This document shows positions 18,801-26,900 of a DNA stretch of 33,464 nt, piece after piece. Within the stretch, counting starts at the first letter, position 1; the number at the start of each line of letters is the position of its first letter. A program made the translations under genes and the position numbers. Source of the stretch: a virus (lineage: Duplodnaviria; Caudoviricetes); IMG/VR virus record IMGVR_UViG_3300032218_003828, positions 1 to 33,464 of that record; one strand, 5' to 3'. Below the pieces are notes generated by a model, which was not told where the DNA came from, ran no database searches, and worked only from the letters and a program-made list of their open reading frames with translations.

Positions 18801-19382
18801 AGTGCAAAGGTTCTTATTTCGCAACCAAGTGCCATCTATGAAAATATTTCAGGAATTACAAATGTTCAGGGATTTTCTGGAATTGTAACAGGAATTGGAA
18901 CTACATCAGGAACTTCTGGAAATCCTTTGGCAATTAAGTTTAATCTTAATGTTCAATCTCCCACACAATTCCCAACTGGTTTAACAACTGGATATCCAAT
19001 TTATATTTACAATACATCTGTTGGCAAAGGAGTAACATCAATTGACAGTGGAAATACATCGATTGTAGGAATTGGGACCACATTCTTGGACAATATTTAC
19101 AAAATTCATGAATTTAAATATACAAGCTTAACTGATGCATATATTGTTTGTAATGTTTTATCAACAACATCCATAGTTGGAATTTCTACAACTGGTACAC
19201 AATCTGTTGGAAGATTTTCGTGGGGAAGACTGTCTGCATCAGTATTGACTAGGGCAACATTTCCAATTTCGATTGGTGTTACTGGAAATATTGTAGATTC
19301 TGGATTGTCTACGTTCCCAACTATTCAAAGAAGAAAATATGGTCTTAGAAATACCGGTTCATTGAAAAAAGAATATAAATAG
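6849..19382 (+). CDS. gp7: Giant baseplate wedge protein (gp7-like, 4177 aa) with repeated beta modules, a split YHYH-like domain and a CBM-like insert
   Basis: Lies between gp6 and gp8. N-terminal QLPEFI..FLKQYY and FYKAKGTDESFRILF; internal DNDYYQNLSY...VHTSGFK; many GxGY and H(N/G)LxxGD repeats. Confidence 0.8.
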   Translation: MIQTGFETRVKVQQIIENQLPEFILDKSPNAAEFLKQYYISQEYQGGPVDIAENLDQYLKLDNLTPEVIVDSVGLSTYIDSNAGIITVTSTKGFPQKYGLFKVDDEIISYTGITTNTFTGCIRGFSGITTYHSISDPQELGFSTSRAESHSKGASVQNLSSLFLKEFYKKLKYSLTPGLEDVDFVSDLNIGNFIKEARSFYKAKGTDESFRILFDVLYGVKPKVVNLENLLIKPSSAEYIRREVVVAEAISGNPTKLVGQSIQKSSDPNTYAAVSEVELFTENNKTYYKISLFIGYDESSDIQGTFNLPGKSLVAENVSIGSSVITVDSTIGFAKTGNLISGDNIISYKDKSVNQFFGCSGVNNTISIADPIRTDDIVYGYEDGDLSKKVELRFTGVISQFISLSEIFSSEEGEQLYVKNLGELIKNPSSNKSYKEIFANSWIYNTSSRYKIDSISGSSLKLSSLIDKSSLKVGDNVEILLRDTQTVVSSSTYIPYILNVNKTTNQVDLGNLLEFSYNPLLEYDLRRKLNKATSSGAQLQFGNNILTSDVQNVYNEFDEHMYVASNSLPSYTITKNLFEISISDATYPKIQGFDNLTQKYSIISFASNVPFITGDEIYYSAESTEIPGLESGVYYVEVIAQNQIRLYRSRSFIGSSYDSLSTTRPYVQFDILDSNSGSHYFTLNSQKNKSISASKILKKFPLSPNLASGTGELTQPGFVGMLINGVEISNYKSNDKIYYGPIDSIKILNGGSGYDVINLPQISITSETGNNALIQPVIRGSVEKIFVDPQDFDINSVVSIALTGGNGSGAVFEPVIVKRIRELSFDGRQSTNFGGINITDETITFTTNHNLRSGDSITYDANGNSPIGIGTYKSSNSDTGITLLDKSNYYCNVINSNTIQLYNNISDLNLGINTIGFTTVNTGGIHKFRTEYNKSTLKEIEIINPGSGYENRKLIVNPIGISTEFDTINFKGHGFKDGDLIVYNYQNQIVSGLSTNNQYCVLKVTDDSFRLCNAGSGGTITSYYQRKDYIKLQSSGSGYQYFSYPPISLYVNYTSVGLGTTSQSVGVITSTPIIRGQIVDAYLYENGTDYGSTILNHHKKPIITIKTGVNAQMSPIVVDGAIQSVFVQYGGIEYYSIPDLIIKGDGTGASLRPVINNGTITSVIVVNPGVGYAQSTTSISVVPSGINAILDSNVRSLTVNKNAKYGDEVISESGDNLEYSVSGYAPIVKGYFNDPDSITGHSPIIGWAYDGNPIYGPYGYSDPQDKYSSIKVLNTGYTSNLSNITNRPSGFNLGFFIEDYTYTNTGDLDRSNGRYCKTPEFENGVYAYFATINSSNTGITSFPYFIGNTYRSNYVSDNLLINQSFDFNNSNLIRNTLPYKVNDNYAGNDFIIESNELVQQTSIVESVTKSSIEDFDIIESGYNYKINDTLEFDSTDTGGGGLNAIVSSITGSGISSINTNIDTYQNSLFTWKDENTIEVTISPSHSLSDGDNVVISGLTSSLSQSNKLVQIGVTSYTSTVYRDIPSNSVTGIITDIYVSQIPDKVSIGSSIIIESEILSILNIFPNEEIIRVKRNVGAAHSTTTSIGFIPDTFTFKANSNYFKSIRNDKVFFNPTENVGLGTSVGVSTSRVFSLGITTVGVATYVRSIPTQSIYIENHPFKDNQQVILTIPNSSFPFSISTSTSGIAFNMPASGVTTSVYVTNKSRNTIGIKTTLSSSEVFFVGINSNSYEYSIESNFDQLRAKVEKINATVSVSTAHNLTNGDLINLNIQPNLSVGIGTSTSIYVKYNSSKQKLLINPIGFSSGGINTSKNTITISNHNLNTGDKVFYSATDLIASGLSTGSYFVYKVDSDNIKLSSTYIDCKNDPPIVVSIASSGGQNQNISAINPKIEVAKNNNLVFNLTDSSLYGYKFKIFYDNEFNDEFISTGSTSSFSVIGVGTAGISTNASLTLNYSDGFSQTLFYSLEKSGYISTSDTDVANYSKISFVDSVYNGTYSISGVGSTTFNISLKQKPEKSSYNQSECDILEYSTTSLTAKGGIHKIKKLNTGNNYKKLPIFIGVDSSEGSGSYIVAKSNGIGKIKDVRILNPGFEYASDKTLSPSAYVSPLITIKSSYNILNVEIVNGGRNYNFAPNLTIINSITRENINNGILEAVLGNNSIISVNIIEPPTGIPSDDIEIISTNNSNGTSINKVYASGIGIVTCYLTTPTLGFSTSPFSVGDKIYVEGIENYSSGKGYNSENYGYSFFTVTKFENTTPAKLEYNISGLTTSSPGIAKTEQNSLASIIKFTDYPQFNITKSFSDFKIGEKLSSYDGIKFVERDLIVTNYNKSTIKVYGSYDLNGNEIIKGSKSGAIASVSGIKYNIGKFSTNYSIRKDCGWNNDIGKLNEDYQVIEDNDYYQNLSYTVKSPIDYETLITPVNRLVHTSGFKNFADTQIEYKVNSGIKTSIDESIQILNLIDENRIDTINNFDLCRDVDSSSNKTKYINFKYKKLSDYIECSSNRVLLIDDISSQFSNIGQENSDQNNLIQILPSDGYNRYLVQINDVEKTQYQISEVVILNNSTDLYTLEKGYINNLGIGTYSEFESERIGEIIGYTDKENNKFLRFNPVDFYNKDYNIKVINNKFINDLSGIGTKSIGLINLISSNISVPIGLTSSIVSVASTYYNSLYFNLHIRDDSNYKSNYVEIYLRHDGADSYLSQYYIDSEPENNVSYGVIGSFGSSLSSGILSLNFTNTSTNQVTVRSRIVGFGSTSAGIGTYRYNTFGQIEGTELTAIYESNYSKNSGISTIASISKSFATLKSIVDVSIGNTSALHQVLLVNDGTNLAVKQYPFLSIGSTSGIGTFGGEYSGSNFVLKFYPDPQITGIVNISSYNEEIYSDYDIVNVPSNLNYGLISESLSVFEYAGINGNRINRTSFDLNYQGYPIFKKTFNPSNSSILDPTTGIFTIKNHFFNTGEELIYNPKSTFVGVGTSAIGIGATENYAGIVTNLLPSKVYPIKITEDTFRLSTKSSYASAGIYVTFTSYGLGNAHELEMTKKLEKSIITLDSLVQYPIAYTTINYNLYNNGGQIGTGSTIFSINGITSIRSGDILRIDDEYMNVLNVGFGTTTIGPISGIGTTSLVQVTRAFVGSSLTSHKDSTSVKIYRGSYNISGNKVYFTNPPTGDRRSLRDSSNLTPPKSSFDGRVYLRKSYSTNQLYDNISDKFTGIGKTYTLSIDGSNAVGLGTSGGNGILFINNVFQKPTTLNNSSNNYNIVENAGISSVIFSGITTVKGSGLEFISNDDVNKNSLPRGGLIISLGSTGGLGYAPLVGASVTAILNASGSIIGIGTTSNFGSGYYGTVSIGITDPNKVGTNNASINAVVGAGGSLIFSIAAGGTGYVNPTIQIPSPSYENLPLIGVSRIGIGSTTQTGVGLLINVEVGASSTTGIGSTLFEVSSFKVQRSGYGYKSGDIITPVGLVTSRGLSSPLSQFQLKVLDTFTDSFAAWQFGELDYIDSIANLQDGSRTTFPLYYNSSLLSFELGSSSPIDFNSLLLIFMNGVLQKPGDSYIFEGGSTFRFLNPPKVEDQIGIFFYRGTREVDSKLITDRVESIKSGDIVQLRKNNTIPSTINQNLRTAFNILGSDKIETNLYVDQGIDTINYKPLSYTKQKIDQKINGQVTYKSRDSIESEVYPTSKIIADFSTTSNEIFVDDAYFFNYEENESPTPIDTVGALIVSGSPDNVSAAATAIVSQSTTQIQYLGITSSGSYYLTPTITNLHPRSENFSYWKVNNTAVCGLTTNSTTSPDGALTAGNFYCKTTSNAQRRLYFTTSITTISGTNYTYTIYLKSNGWQYVCISLSQGLNVSPESGAARFDLINGYVSSTISGSASIINAGNGWWRISVTTTANTITTMQPKVILVNSTGTSGSTATGTINAGVYVWGAQLEEKTSSSAYIPTSTSSQSGSSIPISITSPNSVGVGIGTTATAIGSIVNGQLTKALLTNPGLGYTSAKVLISQPSAIYENISGITNVQGFSGIVTGIGTTSGTSGNPLAIKFNLNVQSPTQFPTGLTTGYPIYIYNTSVGKGVTSIDSGNTSIVGIGTTFLDNIYKIHEFKYTSLTDAYIVCNVLSTTSIVGISTTGTQSVGRFSWGRLSASVLTRATFPISIGVTGNIVDSGLSTFPTIQRRKYGLRNTGSLKKEYK
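19374..19381 (+). promoter_or_regulatory. T4 late promoter (perfect consensus)
   Basis: TATAAATA overlapping the last codons and stop of the gp7-like gene, ending 19 nt before the gp8 ATG. Confidence 0.8.
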
Positions 19383-19400
19383 AAAAAAAAGCATATTAAT

Positions 19401-20972
19401 ATGGCTGCCATTGTTACAGATCAATTTAGAATATTTAATGCCAATAATTTTATAGAATCGATAGAAAATACTTCTAATTCTTATTATGTTTTTTTAGGAT
19501 TGCCAAATCCTACTGCTGTGGGACTTGGCAGAACGAGTAATTGGAATACCAATGTCCCAAATCCGGTTGATAATTTTAATTATGAAAATGCATATAGCGA
19601 TGCTATGATGTTTGGTAAAAAAATTACGAACTCTAATGTTAGGAGACTTATAAGAAGAATTGACTGGGCTTTAGGAACAAAATATGAAATGTATCGACAT
19701 GATTATGGTATTGATAATCCTGCGCCAATTACTGGAGCAACAAGATTATATGATGCCAATTATTATGTCATGAATTCGGATTATCGAGTTTATATTTGTA
19801 TAGATAATGGATCTTCAGGAGCAAATCCTACAGGAAATACTTCTCAGGATCAACCAACATTTACAACTCTAGAACCATCAAAAGCAGGTGAGAGTGGTGA
19901 TGGATATGTATGGAAATTTTTATTTACAGTTTCCCCAAGTGATATTGTAAAATTTGACTCTACAGAATATATTGTTGTTCCAAGTAATTGGAGTACATCT
20001 ACTGACCCACAAATTACTGCTATAAGGGAAAATGGCAACTCATTAGTTAATAACAACCAAATTAAAAAAGTTTATATTGAATCTCAAGGATCTGGATATA
20101 AAAGTGGATTGGGGCAATCATTTAAAATTCAAGGTGATGGATCCGGAGCAACCGTTGTTATTGACGTTGTTAGTGGAAAAATTACCAACGCACAAATTTC
20201 TTCTGGTGGAAGTGGTTATACCTATGGGATGGTAGATCTTGGATCTATCAATCAAAGTGCATCTTCGGCAGCTAAGCTAATTCCAATTATACCGCCATCA
20301 AAAGGTCACGGATATGATTTATATAAAGAACTTGGTACTGATAAAATTTTAGCATATTCAAGATTTGATGATTCCACAAAAGATTTTCCCATTGACACTA
20401 AATTTGCTCAAATTGGAATTTTAAAAAATCCCGAGACGTATAATTCAACAAGTATATTTACGGATAATCAATTTTCTTCTCTATATGCAATAAAATTTAG
20501 TGGTACACCAACTGGAAGTATTTCTGTTGGTGATAAAATAAGTCAAAAATCTACAACTTCCACTACTGGTAACAATGTATATGCTTATGGATATGTTGCT
20601 TCATATGATAGCGAAACTAAGGTTCTAAAATATTTTAGAGATAGAACCGCATATTATAATCCATTTTATTATGATCAAACAGATTATATTGGAATATCAA
20701 CAGGATCAAAGGTATTAAGTTTTGAATCAAATACAACAAATGCAGTCACAAATTCTAGTGGATTTTCCGGAACTATTGATACTGGATTTACGGGAATCAC
20801 GACTAATCCAACAGGAAATAAAATTATAAGTTTAGGAACACAATTTACAAATGGATTAGCAACTCCTGAGATAAATAAAGGATCGGGAGATATTATCTAT
20901 ATTGATAATAGACCTTTAGTTTCACGAAACTCTAGACAAAAAGAAGACGTTAAAATTATCCTGGAATTTTAA
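19401..20972 (+). CDS. gp8: Baseplate wedge subunit gp8
   Basis: MAAIVTDQFR, YYVMNSDYRVYICIDNG, DGYVWKFLF, GDIIYIDNR...RQKEDVKIILEF. Confidence 0.92.
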   Translation: MAAIVTDQFRIFNANNFIESIENTSNSYYVFLGLPNPTAVGLGRTSNWNTNVPNPVDNFNYENAYSDAMMFGKKITNSNVRRLIRRIDWALGTKYEMYRHDYGIDNPAPITGATRLYDANYYVMNSDYRVYICIDNGSSGANPTGNTSQDQPTFTTLEPSKAGESGDGYVWKFLFTVSPSDIVKFDSTEYIVVPSNWSTSTDPQITAIRENGNSLVNNNQIKKVYIESQGSGYKSGLGQSFKIQGDGSGATVVIDVVSGKITNAQISSGGSGYTYGMVDLGSINQSASSAAKLIPIIPPSKGHGYDLYKELGTDKILAYSRFDDSTKDFPIDTKFAQIGILKNPETYNSTSIFTDNQFSSLYAIKFSGTPTGSISVGDKISQKSTTSTTGNNVYAYGYVASYDSETKVLKYFRDRTAYYNPFYYDQTDYIGISTGSKVLSFESNTTNAVTNSSGFSGTIDTGFTGITTNPTGNKIISLGTQFTNGLATPEINKGSGDIIYIDNRPLVSRNSRQKEDVKIILEF

Positions 20973-20974
20973 AA

Positions 20975-23900
20975 ATGGCACAAAAAACCAATCTCAACAT
21001 AAGTCCATACTATGACGACTTTGATGCAGATAATGAATTTTATAAAGTTCTTTTTAATCCAGGGCGTCCAGTCCAAGCTAGGGAATTAACTACATTACAA
21101 TCGATTCTACAAAACCAAGTAGAATCTTTTGGTAGTAATATATTTAAAGAAGGTTCGATGGTAATCCCTGGCGGTGTTACATATGATTCTCAATTTTATG
21201 CAGTAAAATTAAATTCTACAAATTATGGAGTTGATATATCAATTTATCTTAAGAAATTAGTCGGTAAAAAAATAATAGGACAAATTTCTGGAGTAACCGC
21301 CAGCGTACAATATATTCAATTACCAAATGGAGATGAGGTAGAATATCCAACAATATATGTAAAATACTTAAATTCCAATAATGATAATTCAATCAGCACA
21401 TTTAATGATGGAGAATCTTTATCTGCAACGACTGATATAATATATGGAAATACTACAATTACCAATGGGACATCTTTTGCAACATTAATAACAAATAATG
21501 CATCTTCAACTGGTTCTGCAGTTTCTATTGCTGATGGAGTCTATTTTATTAGAGGTTATTTTACAAAAGTAAATAGAGAAACAATTATTCTGGATTATTA
21601 TACCAATACGCCATCCTATAGGGTAGGATTGCAGATTGATGAACAAATTGTCACCGCAAAAGATGATAAATCCTTATATGATAATGCAAAGGGATTTACA
21701 AATTATGCTGCACCTGGAGCAGATAGATTTAAAATTTCATTATCTTTGACAAAAAAACTTTTAACAGACAATGCCAATGATACTAACTTTGTTGAGTTAT
21801 TAAGAGTTGGTGATGGAACAATTAATAAAATTGTAACAAAGACTCAGTACAATATAATAAGAGATTATCTTGCACAAAGGACATATGATGAATCTGGAGA
21901 TTATGTAGTTGATCCATTTACATTTTCTTTGAATAATTCTTTAAATAATGGATTGGGAAATAATGGACTATTTTTTAGTAATGAAAAAACTTCCGAAGGA
22001 AACACTCCTTCAGATGATTTAATGTGTATTAAATTTTCTCCAGGAAAGGCTTATGTTAAGGGATATGATATTGAAAAAACTGGAACTACTATTATTGATG
22101 TAGAAAAACCAAGAGATACTGAAACAATTACAACTGCTAATATTCCATTTTTAATGGGAAATTTAATTAGAATTAATAATGTTTCAGGTGCCCCAAAAAT
22201 TAAAGGAACTATTGATCTTTATGATCAAAGAAAAAATTCGACATCATCACCAAACGGAACTAAAATTGGAGATGCAAGAGTTTACACATTCAATGTGACT
22301 GATGCTTCCTATAGTAATGCTGCAACTAATTGGGATTTATACCTTTATGATATTCAAACTTATACACAGATAACATTAAATCAAAGTGCGACTACTACAG
22401 AATTACCTGCAACATCATTTATTAAAGGAAAAAGTAGTGGAGCTAGTGGGTATGCAGTTTCTGCTGCAGGTGGATCTTCTATAATTAATTTAAGGCAGAC
22501 TTCTGGATCGTTTATTGTTGGAGAACAAATATTAATTAATGGATTAGATACAAATTCAAGAACAATATCATCGATAAAAGTTTATAGTGCTAAAGATATT
22601 AAATCATTATATCAGGCAGCAGATTCTCCTGCAGGATTTCCATCAGCATTTCTTGCGGATGCACAATTAGATAAAGCTATTCCGGGAGGATTAAGTGCTC
22701 TCGATATGCTTGCAATTGCTTCAGATGGAACTGCCACTGCAGGTGGAAAATATTTTACAGGGATAGCAACGAATTCTATTATTAGATATCAAAGAGCAGG
22801 TTTTAGTACTGAAACTTATAATAGAGTTACATCTATTTCTGCAACTGGAACATCTATGACATTGGCTGGTATCACTTCTGTATCGGGAATTTGTGATGGA
22901 GCGGTGGGTATAACTACAGGAGTTCCATTTACTATTGGTATTGCAAAAATAAGAAAAGATAAGGATGGTTCTTTATATGCACCATTACCAAATTCAAATA
23001 TATCTTCATTAAATTTAAATGATTCAAATTTGGTCGTATCCCAGCAAATTACTGGTGAAACAACTGATGGTTCTGGGGTGATGACTTTCAATACCTCTCA
23101 AATTACTGGGATTACAAGTGTATTTTTTCAACCATTTGATGCAGAAAGATATTCAATTCACTATTCAAATAGTGGAATTGCTACATTAACTTCAGACCAA
23201 TTTTCTCTTAGCGGAAACACTGTAACTATTAGTGGATTAACCGCGTCCCAATCCAATGTTGTAGTTAATACAACTGTCATCAAAAACGGACTTCAAAGTA
23301 AAGTAAAAGTATATAATAGAAGTAAAACTCTAGATATTACATTATCAAAATATCCACAATCTGGAACTGGGATTAATACTTCGATTAATGATGGATTGAC
23401 CTATAATCAGTTTTATGGATTGAGAGTTCAAGATGAAGAGATTTGTTTGAATTATCCGGATGTTGCAAATGTTATTGCAGTTTACGAATCTTTGGATACT
23501 AATGCTCCATTATTAGACACTATTACATTAAGTCCTACTGCGAATGTAACAGCAAATGCAATAATTGGTGAAAATATTCTTGGTAATACGAGTAAGGCAA
23601 TTGCCAGAGTTGTTTCCAAACCATCTACAGATACATTGGGAATTGTATTTTTAAATGAAAATAAATTCTCTCAATTTGAATCGGTAACATTTGAAGAATC
23701 AAATATCAAAACGCAAATTCAATCTATTACTTACGGAAAATATAAAAATATAACAAGCAATTTTACCTTAGATAAGGGACAAAAAGAACAATATTATGAT
23801 TATTCTAAAATTATTAGAAATAAATCTGGTCAAGAGCCAGCAAAGCGTTTATTAGTTATATTTGATTATTATTCGGTATCGTCTTCAGATAGTGGAGATG

Positions 23901-26900
23901 TATTTACAGTATTAAGTTATAGCCAAGAAAGGTATCAAAATGATATCCCCCTCATAGGACCAAATAAGATAAGGGCAACAGATACATTAGATTTTAGACC
24001 AAGAGTATCCGTATTTTCTAGTACAACATCTTCACCATTTGATTTTTCATCAAGAACTTCTGGATTTGGTTCAGATCCTAAATTAATTCTTTCACCCAAC
24101 GAAAGTTGCCTTATAGGATATGATTATTATTTGGGAAGAATTGATAGAATTTATTTAGACAAATTTGGCAATTTATCCGTAACTAAAGGAATATCATCAT
24201 CAAATCCTAAGGAACCTCCAAAAAATAGCGATGTAATGGATCTTGCAACTATCACATTGCCTCCATATCTTTATTACCCAGAAGATGCACAAATAACTAT
24301 TTTTGATAATAGAAGATATACTATGAGAGATATTGGTACTATTGATAATAGGGTTGGAAATCTGGAAAAAGTTACTTCATTATCATTATTGGAAGTAAGC
24401 ACGCAAACTCTTCAAGTTCAAGATGCTAATGGATTGAATAGATTTAAAACCGGATTTTTTGTTGATGATTTTAAAAATACTTCTTTAATTGACTTTAATT
24501 TTTCATCAATTCAAGTTGATGAAGAACTACAAGAATTAATTCCTATTATTTCAAAAAATACTTTAAAGAGTCAAATTGCACCTGCACAAAGTTATACAGA
24601 TGAAACTCTTCAGTTAAAGGGCAATTTTAATCTCTTAGATCCAAATGTACAAAAAACCGGAAATCAAATAACACTCAAATATAGTGAGGTTGGTTGGATT
24701 GAGCAACCATTAGCAACTCAAGTAGAAAATGTAAACCCATTCCATGTAATTAGTTATTCGGGAACAGTTCAATTATCACCCTCAAATGATAATTGGATTA
24801 GGACCATTAGACTTGAAGATCAACTTATTGATTTGGGAACAAAGAAGGTATCTACAAATGGAGGATGGGGTCGATATGGGGGATCAAAGACAACTTATAC
24901 ATCTAAAGATATTTTGGTATCTAGCACTTCAGAATTATACATGAGATCTAGGAATACTGAATTTTCTGCAAATAACTTAAAACCATTGACAAGTTTTTAT
25001 CAATTTTTTGATGGGAATAGTGCTGTAGATTTTATTCCTAAATTGGTTGAAATTGCAACGGATTCAACACTTCAAACTTATGGAGCATCTTCAGCATTCC
25101 AAGTTGGAGAAACTGTTATTGGATATGCTCAATTTGGATCTGAATATACTAAAAAGATAATTCAATTTAGAGTTGCATCCGCAAATCATAAATATGGACT
25201 CTTCAATAATCCAACAAAAACTTATAATATTAATCCATATATTAGAACAGAAAATCTTTCATCATCATATAGTTCTTCTTCAAAAGTTTTAAATATTGAT
25301 ACTTACTCTTTATCAGAAGAAGCGCAAGGAAAATATTCTGGATATTTGACTAAAGGGATGCAGCTGGTTGGACAAACAAGCGGAGCAGTTGCTTATGTAA
25401 AAGATCTTAGACTTATTTCGGATAATTATGGAGATTTAATAGGTACATTTTTTCTGAAAGATCCAAATACAAATCCTCCACCAATAGTTAGAATTAAAAC
25501 CGGAACAAAAACTTATAGATTATCTTCAAGTTCAACAAATGCACTACCTTTGCCAGGAAGTAAATTAATATCTGCCGCAGAAAATACATATAGATCCAAC
25601 GGAGTGCTTGAAATAAAACAATTAAATACTTACAAATTGACAACAGAATATTATTATGACCCATTAGCACAAACTTTTACGGTTGGTGGAAATATAGGTC
25701 AAGCACCATATGCTACTGGTTCTAGTGAAGATAATTATGGATGCTTCCTAACCGCCGTCGATTTATTCTTTGCTAATAAAGATTCTGGAAATTGTCCAGT
25801 AAATGTTGAAATAAGAACCGTAGAACTTGGAACTCCAACAAGAAATGTATTGGGAAAATCTAAGCAACTTACACCCAATGAAGTTAATATCCCAACAGAT
25901 ATTGTAAGAGATGAAAAGAATAATGTAGTTTCATTAACTCCAATTGCAACAAAAGTCACGTTTGATGAGCCAATATTTTTAGAACCAGGACAACAATATG
26001 CTATTGTTATTCTAGCACCACAAAGTAATGAATATGAACTTTTAATTGCGGAAATGGACAAACTTACTGTAAATACAAAATCTTTACCTAATGCTGAGGC
26101 AGTAAAATATACACAACAATTTGCAGTTGGAAGACTTTACAAGTCCCAAAATGGATCTGAATGGACTCCAAATGATTATCAAGATTTGATGTTTAAGCTA
26201 TACAAAGCAAAATTTACAGCAACAACCGGAACTGCAACTTTTTATAATCCAACTTTAGATGAAAGTAATGGATATGTACAAAATTTAAATAATAATCCAA
26301 TTACTACTTTTGCACGTAATTATACTCTTGGCATTACAACAACTACTAATAGTACATTAATCGGTATTCTAACAACAGGAAGAAAAATAAGTGAAGGGAC
26401 AAAAACATATAACTATGGATATATTGTTGGGACTGGTAGTTCTGTTGCTTCTGTAGGAATAACTACCGGTGGATCTGGATATACCAATCAGTCAAATGTG
26501 TCAACATATGCTATTACTGGAAATGGATCTGGTCTTACTCTGAATATAACAACAACTAATAATACCATTACTGGTATAACTGCTGTTAGTCGAGGAAATG
26601 GATATGCTGTTGGTGATGTAATTGGGATCGTAACTTCTTCGGCAGGAAATACTGGACGTGATGCAAAAATTACTATTTCAGCAATTACTGGATTGGATAC
26701 TTTATACTTATCAGGAGTTCAGGGACAATCTTTTACTGATGGTGCTTCTTTAGTGTATTATGACGATAGTGGAAATCGTCAAAGTCTTACTACAAGCATT
26801 ACAAGAAGATCTTCTCCAACAAATCAATATGAAGGTAAATATGCAAGAGTTTCGCATTTTGATCATGGAATGTATGCAGCAAATAATAAACTGACAATCA